A DNA stretch of 64,000 nucleotides, taken from positions 12,128 to 76,127 of the forward strand of contig JBQLZK010000034.1 of the NCBI GenBank assembly GCA_052168235.1, given 5' to 3'. This DNA is from Thainema sp. (GTDB taxonomy: Bacteria; Cyanobacteriota; Cyanobacteriia; Phormidesmidales; Phormidesmidaceae). The notes beneath the pieces are model-generated. The model ran no database searches. It was not told where the DNA came from and worked only from the letters and a program-made list of their open reading frames with translations. Position numbers and translations under genes: made by a program. Positions 52,744 through 61,440 of this stretch are shown in pieces (the first letter of the stretch is position 1; the number at the start of each line of letters is the position of its first letter).

Positions 52744-53886
52744 TTAAAACTGGAGCCGCACACCCGCCTGAATCGTGTGGATAAACACCGAATCCGCATC
52801 AAACTCCACATCATCTAGCTCAAAACTTTGCCCCGGCACGACAAAGAGCCGATAGCCCAAGAACAGATGCGTAAACGGCGCTAAATGATAGGTGACGCCC
52901 GCCTTGCCCTGGAAGACAAAGGCGACTTCAGAATCATCAATCGTTGTCGCTGGCAAACCCGGCACCGCCAGCTCTAAATCATTGACGGATAGAATTCCTA
53001 TCCCCGCACCGCCACCAATGTAAGGACGCAACCGCCCACGGGTGGGCACATCAAAATAGCCATTCAGCATCAGGACAAAATTATCAATGCTGCCGTCCGA
53101 TTCCGACGTTAGACTGCCGCCCGGAATCAGCGCGCTGTTGAGCGTCACATCATCAATATCGTTGTTGTTGTAGTTCAGTTCCAACTCAGCCCGCGCCACC
53201 GAGAACCGATAGCCCACCGCACCGCTGAGGCCGAAGCCCGTTTGCGTATCCAGTTCCACCGATGCATCCGGCGAAACCCCTGGCGGCAGCGGCACAAGTC
53301 CAAATGCAGGGACTATCACCGAATCCGCATCCACATCGTAGCCAAAGACCAGGGATGGCGAGGCCGAAACATACCAGCCCATTCGGATACCAAACGGATT
53401 GGGCAACTGCGAGAGATAAACCGGATCAGTTGGCAGTGACTCTAAACCACGCGGTTCGGTGTTGAATAGATCTTCAGCCAGATTGGTTGAGGTTGATGAG
53501 AAGCCGATGCTCAGAGGCTCAAGTGCGATCGCGCTTGTCTCAATCGCATTAATCTCCACCTGATCAGAGACCTCTGCCGTTTCCACTGTCTCCAACGGAT
53601 TCAGCTCTAACGGCGCAAGTTCTACGGGCTGGAGAGTAGATGCTGGTTCAGCAACAATTGAATCGGTAGCTGATGCAGCAGGTTCTGAAACAGGTTCTAC
53701 AACAGTCTGGGCCAGAACTGGCGCAAGTTCTGAAGATAGATTTGCCTCCGGTTCTACCGCCACATTTGGAGCAGTCGCAGCAGGCGAGGCCGCATCCCAT
53801 TTCGCTTTAGCAAACGCCGCATCACTCAAAGCGAGCAGCGCAACGAGTCCAGTACATCCAGTTAGAGCAAGCCGAGCAGCGTACAT
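52744..53886 (-). CDS. Outer-membrane beta-barrel protein (OmpA-like/opacity family) with acidic N-terminal linker
   Basis: Signal peptide; GAVGYRF, RAELEL, RPYIGGGAG, FQGKAG, LGYR; terminal Phe. Confidence 0.8.
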   Translation of the reverse strand: MYAARLALTGCTGLVALLALSDAAFAKAKWDAASPAATAPNVAVEPEANLSSELAPVLAQTVVEPVSEPAASATDSIVAEPASTLQPVELAPLELNPLETVETAEVSDQVEINAIETSAIALEPLSIGFSSTSTNLAEDLFNTEPRGLESLPTDPVYLSQLPNPFGIRMGWYVSASPSLVFGYDVDADSVIVPAFGLVPLPPGVSPDASVELDTQTGFGLSGAVGYRFSVARAELELNYNNNDIDDVTLNSALIPGGSLTSESDGSIDNFVLMLNGYFDVPTRGRLRPYIGGGAGIGILSVNDLELAVPGLPATTIDDSEVAFVFQGKAGVTYHLAPFTHLFLGYRLFVVPGQSFELDDVEFDADSVFIHTIQAGVRLQF

Positions 53887-54007
53887 GGTTGATCTCCTTG
53901 GGGCAATTGGGAGTAAACATAGTCTTAGTGCCTTTTATAGTACGGAGTTTGAGCAGAATTGCACCTAAAGAATCAATAACGAAGAAATTACCGTTTTCCC
54001 AACCCCT

Positions 54008-54751
54008 ATGCTCCTCCTCCTCCTCCTCCGCCATGCCGAATCCGCTGCCAATCAAGTCCAGCGGATGCAGAGCAGTAACAACACCGATCCCCTATCTGAA
54101 CGCGGTGCAGAACAGGCACAACGTCTAGGACACCAGCTCAAGCTAGCGAACTGGTGCCCCACGCATATTTATTGCAGTCCTGCCTTACGGACTCATCAAA
54201 CCCTGGAGATCTTGTTGCGATCGCAATTTTCTGATTCACTGCCCACCAAGCCACCCATCCTGCACCCGGACAGTCCAGATATGGTTTACCACTGGACACC
54301 ATCTTCCAGCTCTGAACCCGTCCCAATTTCGATTACCTATACCCATGCGCTCAGCGAACTCAACCCCGGCATTTTCGACGGCTTGACTTGGGCAGAAGCA
54401 CAGGCACAGTATCCTGATTTGTGTGAAAAACTCCTGTCAACACTAGACTGGGTGCCGATTCCCAATGCTGAATCCCCCGATCAGGGACGCGATCGCGTTC
54501 AGCAGTTTATCCAGCAGTTGATTGACCAGCATCAAAACTGCGATCGCATTTGGATTATTACCCATGCTGGCATTTTGCCGTACTTAGTAGCGGCATTGTT
54601 AGGTTGCGATCGCGCCTGGGGTTTCGCCGCCCAACACACTGCCCGCTTTGAATTTACTCTTGACCAATCTCGCTGGCCGCAGCCGATACAGCGCAACAAC
54701 ACCACCCTCTGGCGAATTGAACGATTCAACGACACCAGTCATTTGATTTAA
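54008..54751 (+). CDS. Histidine phosphatase family protein
   Basis: LRHAES, SPALRT, ES and THAG motifs. Confidence 0.85.
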   Translation: MLLLLLLRHAESAANQVQRMQSSNNTDPLSERGAEQAQRLGHQLKLANWCPTHIYCSPALRTHQTLEILLRSQFSDSLPTKPPILHPDSPDMVYHWTPSSSSEPVPISITYTHALSELNPGIFDGLTWAEAQAQYPDLCEKLLSTLDWVPIPNAESPDQGRDRVQQFIQQLIDQHQNCDRIWIITHAGILPYLVAALLGCDRAWGFAAQHTARFEFTLDQSRWPQPIQRNNTTLWRIERFNDTSHLI

Positions 54752-54771
54752 TATCCAAGTCTGCGTATAAG

Positions 54772-54912
54772 AACCCGTAATTTATTTTTGTGAAGCGTTT
54801 GCGGAGCAAACGTTTCACAAAAATAAATTACGGGTTTTCAACCAAACCTGATATAAAGCCGAAAAGCGAAGTTGCCGCTGTAGTGCAGCGGCAACTTCGC
54901 TTTTCGGCTTTA
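54772..54912. repeat. Two adjacent very long hairpins (31-bp and 27-bp arms) between convergent genes
   Basis: 54772-54836 with GGA loop and one mismatch; 54854-54912 perfect arms overlapping the recR stop. Confidence 0.85.
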
Positions 54913-55506
54913 ATCTAATTCCCGCCGACCTTCTAGTGCCCTTGCCAACGTAATCTCATCCGCATACTCCAAATCGCCGCCCATCGGCAAGCCAAACGCA
55001 ATCCGCGTCACCTTCGTAAACGGCTTCAGCAATTGCCCCAGATAGAGCGTCGTCGTATCGCCCTCAATGCTGGGACTAATCGCCAAAATGGCTTCCTTGA
55101 CACCGCCATCGCTCACCCGCCGCACCAGCGGTGAAATGTGGAGCTGTTCAGGACCAACGCCATCCATCGGCGAGATCACACCGCCCAAAACGTGATAGCG
55201 CCCCTTATACTCGCGCGTTTTTTCAATTGCAATCACATCTCTCGAATCGGCCACAATGCAAAGCGTATGCTCATCCCGATTCGGTGCCCGACAAATTTCA
55301 CAAACAGGTTCTGCCGACAGGTGAAAACACACGGAACATAAACCGACCTGCTGCTTCGCCTCGACCAGTGCTTGCGCGAGCGCATACACCTCGGATTCAG
55401 GACGCTTGAGAATGTGCAAAGCAAGGCGCTGAGCCGTCTTTGGCCCAACTCCTGGCAGTCGTTGAAGCTGCTCGATCAACCGAGCCAGTGGACGTGTATA
55501 AGCCGT
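54910..55506 (-). CDS. recR: Recombination mediator RecR
   Basis: [14 protein letters not shown]4 zinc finger, [23 protein letters not shown]; conserved N-terminus extends upstream of TTG 55479. Confidence 0.93.
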   Translation of the reverse strand, partial: TAYTRPLARLIEQLQRLPGVGPKTAQRLALHILKRPESEVYALAQALVEAKQQVGLCSVCFHLSAEPVCEICRAPNRDEHTLCIVADSRDVIAIEKTREYKGRYHVLGGVISPMDGVGPEQLHISPLVRRVSDGGVKEAILAISPSIEGDTTTLYLGQLLKPFTKVTRIAFGLPMGGDLEYADEITLARALEGRRELD

Positions 55507-55692
55507 AGCCGAACCCTCTCAAATTCTCCCTTTCTACTCTACAACTTCTACTTGAAATCCTGGAGCGGAATAACCGAAATGATGATTCAGGAGAATACAC
55601 CCTGGAGCGGCTGTACTACGAAATAAACTGAGATCGCAGTAGGAACACGGTATGCCGTGTTCCTGCAAAACTAAATTGCACGCTATACATAG

Positions 55693-55729
55693 CAATGGGG
55701 GCTACGCAAGCGTTGCGTAGCCCCCATTG
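55693..55729. repeat. Perfect 17-bp-arm hairpin
   Basis: CAATGGGGGCTACGCAA-GCG-TTGCGTAGCCCCCATTG. Confidence 0.75.
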
Positions 55730-55850
55730 TGAGATCAACCTCAATTTTTTCTGACTAGTATTCATTGAAAATAGGAGTCAGCTATTTGAGCTTAAGGTGT
55801 AATCTTGACCCGATATTCAATATTCAAGTCATTTAAGTTCAATTATTCAA

Positions 55851-56123
55851 TTATGCGGCTGTCCGGCTGCGGAAGAAGCCCCAGATAAAGATAGCAATCA
55901 ATGCACCAATGATCGCGAGGATAATGCCAGGAATGCTCAACGAAGCTGCCGTGAGCTGTAACGTTCCTGTCGTGATCAGAGTGGCGATACTACCACCAAT
56001 GAAAGCACCAACGATACCTAAGATGAGGGCGCTCAGAAGGCCGCCACCCTGATGTCCAGGATAAATCGCTTTTGCGATCGCGCCTGCAATTAAACCAAGT
56101 ACTAACCAAGCAATAATATTCAT
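55851..56123 (-). CDS. GlsB/YeaQ/YmgE stress response membrane protein
   Basis: MNIIAWLVLGLIAGAIAK..PG, GIVGAFIGG. Confidence 0.9.
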   Translation of the reverse strand: MNIIAWLVLGLIAGAIAKAIYPGHQGGGLLSALILGIVGAFIGGSIATLITTGTLQLTAASLSIPGIILAIIGALIAIFIWGFFRSRTAA

Positions 56124-56255
56124 AAAATGGGTTCCTCTTCGTATTGCATCAAAAACCGTTTCTATGAATTAGTCTACGAAAGTGGAACCCAATCCTCGTC
56201 TATCACAGGAGATAGAGGGCCTTGCCACAAGGCAGAAGTTTTATTCAGAAAAATC

Positions 56256-57671
56256 TTAGAGAAATCCTTTGGACTTAGACTTCTTCTTGTTCTTTTTCGG
56301 TTTACTAACTTCGGCTAGTGCCGCTTGAAAGAGTTCGTTCAAATGTAGCGGTACACTGGCAATCTCTGGCAGAGCAGGCTCCAGTGGCTTATTAAATTCC
56401 TGGAGTAGTGCATCTAAATCATCAATTTGAAAATCTGGGCGCTCCAGCGCCATTTGAACGGCAGATTCTAGCGTTTTGGGATGGTTTTCAGCCAATTTCC
56501 GACAGACAAAGGCATTGATACTGTCGTCTTTTAAGTAGTTCAGCACCAGCTTTTTGAGGGACTGCGCCTCTGACGTGTCCGGTTCAACCGGCTTAGCGAG
56601 TAGATCCTGAAATTTTTGATAGTTCGTCAGCAGGCTTTGTCCCCAGCGAGGATGCGCCAACACCGTCACCTGCTCGGCCTTTTTGATTTCAGGCGGCAGT
56701 TGCACCTGGGGCGAGGCCATCTTGGCCGCACGAGGATTGAGCAGCACTTTTGATAAGGTTTCGGGGTTAATCCCCAATGTCTCCGCGATTTCGTCCATAT
56801 CTTCGCTGGTCATGCCCGCTTCTTCTGCCAGTTCTGTGAGGGGCTTGGACGGATCAATGCCAGCGGCTTCCAAATGCTGCTGCGTCACCTGTTTCTGAAA
56901 CTCGTCAATCTGCTTGTTCAACTCGTAACCCGACAGCGTAATCTCATCACCGCCAAAGTGCTTCACAAACACATCGTGGTAGCGCTCCACCGACTGCCAC
57001 GCTTCTTCCAGCAGCTCCGGCGCATCGCCATAGACACAGTGCCAGTGATCGTCTTTGAAGGTTCCGATCGCAACGGCCAATTTGGGCTTACCCAAGCGTC
57101 CCTTCAGCACATGGGGGCCGAAAAACATCCACTCCGTCTCGGTCACAGGCGCAATTCGGCTCAAAATAATATCGCGGGGCTGGAGTCGCGCCATATCCTG
57201 CTGCCGTTTCGGGTCAGTCCAGCGCACCGTGTAGGGTTTGGCCGTCAGCCAGTTCACCAGCCGCAGTCCGTCCGGCAGCACCTCGCTCACGGCAAATAGG
57301 CCGATAAACGCCTGCTTCCAGCCTTGCAGCAGCGCCTTATCTGTTTTCGATAACTTCGGCGTTTCCTTGATGAACTGATCAATAGCTGTCTCGGAATCGG
57401 TTAAAAACCGATCAAAGGCTAAATCTGACTGATTAATATCTCGCACTGGCGTTTTGAGCTGCTCAGCGATGGATTTCTCCATTGCGATCGCAAGTTCGCC
57501 CTCGGCATCATAGACAAAATCAACTAACGACTGCTTCAATTCGTGCGCTCGTTCAAATACCGTAGACAAAGCTGTTTCTCCTCTCAAAAACCAATACACA
57601 GAATCTCGCCTCTCGACAGTGCCACATTGGTGAGCAGTTGACATCACCACAGAGAGAGAAAAATCTGGCAC
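56256..57671 (-). CDS. Conserved hypothetical protein
   Basis: Long ORF with genome-typical composition and HIP1 sites; true start probably near 57570. Confidence 0.75.
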   Translation of the reverse strand: MPDFSLSVVMSTAHQCGTVERRDSVYWFLRGETALSTVFERAHELKQSLVDFVYDAEGELAIAMEKSIAEQLKTPVRDINQSDLAFDRFLTDSETAIDQFIKETPKLSKTDKALLQGWKQAFIGLFAVSEVLPDGLRLVNWLTAKPYTVRWTDPKRQQDMARLQPRDIILSRIAPVTETEWMFFGPHVLKGRLGKPKLAVAIGTFKDDHWHCVYGDAPELLEEAWQSVERYHDVFVKHFGGDEITLSGYELNKQIDEFQKQVTQQHLEAAGIDPSKPLTELAEEAGMTSEDMDEIAETLGINPETLSKVLLNPRAAKMASPQVQLPPEIKKAEQVTVLAHPRWGQSLLTNYQKFQDLLAKPVEPDTSEAQSLKKLVLNYLKDDSINAFVCRKLAENHPKTLESAVQMALERPDFQIDDLDALLQEFNKPLEPALPEIASVPLHLNELFQAALAEVSKPKKNKKKSKSKGFL

Positions 57672-57746
57672 GGTCTTGGTATGAGTTGATCGATCAACGA
57701 CCGACTATGATTAAGGCAGCTTTTTAGAGCTGATATTTCTGCATTT

Positions 57747-59042
57747 ATGACTGGGACAGATCGCTACGAACGCTTTTTGGCAGCCTATCGAAATCTGGCG
57801 CTGTTTCCGCTGCTGAAACCGGATGAGATTGAGCATTTTCGGGTGCAGTATGGGCGGCGCACATTGTTGAAGCTGAAGTCGGAAATTACCGCTTCTGAAC
57901 CCAATGGCAAGCTGATCTTCACCGGGCATCGCGGCTGTGGCAAATCGACGCTGCTGAATGAACTGGCAGGGATTATGCGTCAGCAGCAGCATTTTGTAGT
58001 GTTCTTCTCGATTGCAGACATGGTGGAGATGTCGGACGTGAACCACGTCAATATTCTCTATGCCATTGCCCTGAAGCTGTTGAGCAATGCGACAAAGCTG
58101 CAAGTCCCAATTCCTGAAACGACTAAAACGAAGCTGCTCAACTGGTTTACCGAAACGAAGACTCAAACTTATACGGATCAACTCAAGCAAGAGCTATCGG
58201 TTGGTGTTGATATTTTCCAGTGGCTGACGGCAAAGCTGCAAAAGGAAGACACCTTTCGCGAAGAGATCAAGCTCACCTACGAAAAACGAGTATCAGAACT
58301 GTCGGATACAATTGATCGGATTGCAGCGGCGATTCAAGCGGCAACGAAAAAGGAAGTCTTGGTAATTATCGATGACTTGGACAAGCTGGATCTGTCCGTC
58401 GTTGAGGCTATCTATCGCGACAATATCAATGCGCTGTTCTCGCCCAATATTCGGATTGTGTTTACGATACCGATTGCGGTGGTGCGAGAGCCAAGATTGT
58501 TGGCGACGTTGAACTCGTTCTGCCAGATTATTCTGCTGTCGGTGACGAAGTTTTACACCCAAGACCAGGCGCATCGACCGGATGGGGAAGCAATTCAAGT
58601 GAATGTTGAGATTTTGGCGCACATTCTGGACAAGCGAATTGACGCTGAGCTGATTACGCCAGAGGTGAAGCAGCAGTTGGTGCTATTAAGCGGTGGAGTG
58701 CTGCGAGAGCTGATTCGGCTGGGACAGGAGTGCTGTCGGGAGTGCATGTTGGAGCTGGAGCTAGAGCCAGAAAAGGCCGATCGGGTGATTGATGCCGAAA
58801 TTTTGGCGACAGCGGTGAAAAATCTGCGAAATCAGTTTGCTCGCAGTTTGGGTAGTCAACTCTATGAGCTGTTGGTGGAAATTTATGGCAGCTTTACGCC
58901 GCCAGATGCTCGCGATCCGCAGTTTTTGGAGCTGCTGCATGGGCTATATGTGTTGGAATATGAGAATGATGATTTGTGGTATGACCTGCATCCGCTGGTG
59001 GTGGATCTGTTGCAACGAAAGCAGTTGTTAGGCGTTACGTAG
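57747..59042 (+). CDS. P-loop ATPase (STAND/KAP-like)
   Basis: GHRGCGKST Walker A, LVIIDDLDK Walker B, SGGVLR, LEYEN..WYDLHP. Confidence 0.85.
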   Translation: MTGTDRYERFLAAYRNLALFPLLKPDEIEHFRVQYGRRTLLKLKSEITASEPNGKLIFTGHRGCGKSTLLNELAGIMRQQQHFVVFFSIADMVEMSDVNHVNILYAIALKLLSNATKLQVPIPETTKTKLLNWFTETKTQTYTDQLKQELSVGVDIFQWLTAKLQKEDTFREEIKLTYEKRVSELSDTIDRIAAAIQAATKKEVLVIIDDLDKLDLSVVEAIYRDNINALFSPNIRIVFTIPIAVVREPRLLATLNSFCQIILLSVTKFYTQDQAHRPDGEAIQVNVEILAHILDKRIDAELITPEVKQQLVLLSGGVLRELIRLGQECCRECMLELELEPEKADRVIDAEILATAVKNLRNQFARSLGSQLYELLVEIYGSFTPPDARDPQFLELLHGLYVLEYENDDLWYDLHPLVVDLLQRKQLLGVT

Positions 59043-59066
59043 GGGCGAATGGCCATTCGCCCCTAC
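59039..59066. repeat. Perfect 28-bp GTAG REP supplying the ATPase stop codon
   Basis: GTAGGGGCGAATGG|CCATTCGCCCCTAC; the TAG at 59040-59042 is the ORF stop. Confidence 0.85.
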
Positions 59067-59117
59067 CAGCCATTCACCCCATACGTAACGCGATTATGGT
59101 TTGGTGTTGTTGTCCTT

Positions 59118-61238
59118 ATGGTTAGTCCAGTTACGCTTAGTGCGGCGAATCAGAGAGAACTGCATCGGCTGCTGCTGTCGATTCGGGCAAATCCGCAGCG
59201 GCTAGATTTGTTTTTAGCGATTTGTGATGACCCGGATCTGCGAGATACGCTGATTCATCAGTATGAGACGACGCTGAAAGCAGATGGTGTGACAACCTAT
59301 CGCACGCGGCTCGACCCAAAAGATCCAAGTCTGAAGGCGGTTTTGGCGGAGTTGGTGAAATATAACCCAGCGCTGCAAGCGGGACAAAAGGCAGTGGTGA
59401 CGGTGCTGGGGGGCGCTCAGTTGTTTGGCGTGTCGCCTGTTGCGGGCGAAAAGTCGGAGCAGGAGAAGTTTTTCTTTTCGCTGCAATGGACGCGGGAATC
59501 GCTGCGGGAGTATTGCTTTCCGGTGGTGATTTGGCTCTCTGACCCCGTGGCAACGGGTGTGGCGCGACAGGCCGAAGATTTCTGGAGCTGGCGCAGTGGA
59601 GTGTTTGAGTTTGAGGCGCAACCTCAAGCTGTTGAACCGTTTCAATCAGACATATCTGAGGCTGGACAACCTGTAACAGTAGAAGCGCCAGATGCCGCAG
59701 AGCGGCAAGCCCTTGATCAGTCAATTACTGACCTGAAGCACCAAATTACGGAACTGCAACAGCAAAATCCTAAGTCGCCGCTGCTGACGACGCTTTACCG
59801 GGATTTGGGTGATGCCTACAAAAAGCGCCAAGACCATGAATTGGCTATCAATGCTTATCAAACCGCACTTAATCAAGCCAGTTCTGACAAATCCCAACAG
59901 GCAGAAATCGATCTTAAGCTCGGCGAAACCCTGCAAGACTGCCGTCGCTATGATCAAGCTCAACATTTTTTTGAACAAGCTTTAGCAATTTTTCAAGAAA
60001 TTGATGATAACTATGGTCAGGCGAGTGCTTTTTTTGAACTAGGCTTCGTTACTTTTAATCAGCGAAAATTCAAATCAGCAAAATTCCATTTTCAGCAAGT
60101 CATTGATACCTATGAACAAATCGGCACTCGTCGTATTCAAGCGAGTGCTTATCACATGTTGGGCTATGCCACTCAAGAGATGAGGGAGTATGAGCAAGCG
60201 CAATCTCACTATCAGAAGGCTCTCGATATCTGCATTGAATTCAACGACAGATACAATCAAGCTCGCATCTACCACAATTTAGGTATGGTTGCTCAAGAAC
60301 TGAGGGAGTATGAACAGGCGCGATCTCACTTTCAGCAGGCCCTCGATATCAAAATTGAATTCAACGACCGGTATAGTCAAGCCAGCACCTACCACCAATT
60401 AGGCAGGGTTGCCCAAGAACTGAGGGAGTATGAGCAGGCGCGACCACACTTTGAGCAAGCTCTCGATATCTGCATTGAATTCAACGACAGATACAATCAA
60501 GCTCGCATCTACCACAATTTAGGTATGGTTGCTCAAGAACTGAGGGAGTATGAACAGGCGCGATATTACTTTCAGCAAGCTCTCGATATCTTCGTTGAAT
60601 TCAACGACCGTTACAGCCAAGCCAGCACTTATCACAATTTGGGCGCTGTTGCCGAAGAGCTGAGGAAGTATGAGCAGGCGCAATATCATTATCAGCAGGC
60701 TCTCGATATCAAAATTGAATTCAACGACCGCTATAGCCAAGCCAGCACCTATCACCAATTAGGCACGGTTGCCCAAGAGCTGAGGGAGTATGAGCAAGCC
60801 CGATCGCACTTTCAGCAAGCGCTCGATATTGATATCGAATTCAATAACCGTCACGGCCAAGCCAGCACTTACCATCAGTTGGGCATGGTTGCCCAAGAAC
60901 TGAGGGAGTATGAACAGGCGCGATATTACTTTCAGCAGGCTCTCAATATCTTCGTTGAATTCAACGACCGTTACAGCCAAGCCAGCACCTATTTCCAGTT
61001 AGCTAAAGTATTTGAAGCGACAGGTAATCTCTCAGAAGCGATGACCTGCTATCTGCAAGATCTACAAATCGTCGCAGAATTCAACGATGAACATGGATTA
61101 GGTATTTCCATGCAAAATCTGGCTCGGTTTTATCGTGAGCATCCAACCGAAAAGTTTCTTGCCAACGTCGCCCAGTGCCTCAACACCACCATCGAAGACA
61201 TCCAGCAGCAATTCGCCGACATCAACCGCGATGAGTAA
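59118..61238 (+). CDS. TPR protein with N-terminal degenerate NTPase-like domain
   Basis: LQWTRE..FPVVIWL..DFWSWRSGVFEF; 40-aa TPR-like repeats. Start ATG 59118, because ATG 59049 lies inside the REP. Confidence 0.85.
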   Translation: MVSPVTLSAANQRELHRLLLSIRANPQRLDLFLAICDDPDLRDTLIHQYETTLKADGVTTYRTRLDPKDPSLKAVLAELVKYNPALQAGQKAVVTVLGGAQLFGVSPVAGEKSEQEKFFFSLQWTRESLREYCFPVVIWLSDPVATGVARQAEDFWSWRSGVFEFEAQPQAVEPFQSDISEAGQPVTVEAPDAAERQALDQSITDLKHQITELQQQNPKSPLLTTLYRDLGDAYKKRQDHELAINAYQTALNQASSDKSQQAEIDLKLGETLQDCRRYDQAQHFFEQALAIFQEIDDNYGQASAFFELGFVTFNQRKFKSAKFHFQQVIDTYEQIGTRRIQASAYHMLGYATQEMREYEQAQSHYQKALDICIEFNDRYNQARIYHNLGMVAQELREYEQARSHFQQALDIKIEFNDRYSQASTYHQLGRVAQELREYEQARPHFEQALDICIEFNDRYNQARIYHNLGMVAQELREYEQARYYFQQALDIFVEFNDRYSQASTYHNLGAVAEELRKYEQAQYHYQQALDIKIEFNDRYSQASTYHQLGTVAQELREYEQARSHFQQALDIDIEFNNRHGQASTYHQLGMVAQELREYEQARYYFQQALNIFVEFNDRYSQASTYFQLAKVFEATGNLSEAMTCYLQDLQIVAEFNDEHGLGISMQNLARFYREHPTEKFLANVAQCLNTTIEDIQQQFADINRDE
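60170..61000 (+). repeat. Seven ~120-bp tandem repeats encoding TPR units
   Basis: TGAGG(G/A)AGTATGA recurs at 60181, 60301, 60421, 60541, 60661, 60781 and 60901. Confidence 0.95.
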
Positions 61239-61262
61239 GAGTGTTTGCAATTCAACCATCTC

Positions 61263-61329
61263 GTAGGAGCGGGTTTCGTTAATCAATTGTGGTTGAGAAC
61301 CAAACGTTAACCGCTAAACCCACTCCTAC
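61263..61329. repeat. GTAG-type REP with spacer
   Basis: GTAGGAGCGGGTTT...AAACCCACTCCTAC. Confidence 0.7.
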
Positions 61330-61440
61330 ACCTGCGCCCACTCCTCTACCTCCTCCTTTACAGCCTTTACAGTCTCAAACCCTCTACAGCCTCCCCCCGC
61401 CCTAATATGATAAAAGTGTTCTACTGCCCACCACCTGCCC

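Noticed and set aside
54011..54028. (CTC)6 as a phase-variation tract
   Set aside because: A trinucleotide unit preserves the frame; it encodes the hydrophobic strand before the RH motif
59049..59117. N-terminal extension of the TPR ORF from ATG 59049
   Set aside because: That ATG lies inside a REP palindrome; ATG 59118 is more plausible
60170..61000. CRISPR array or DGR template/variable repeats
   Set aside because: Repeats are in-frame 120-bp coding units without unique spacers; no cas or reverse transcriptase genes in the window
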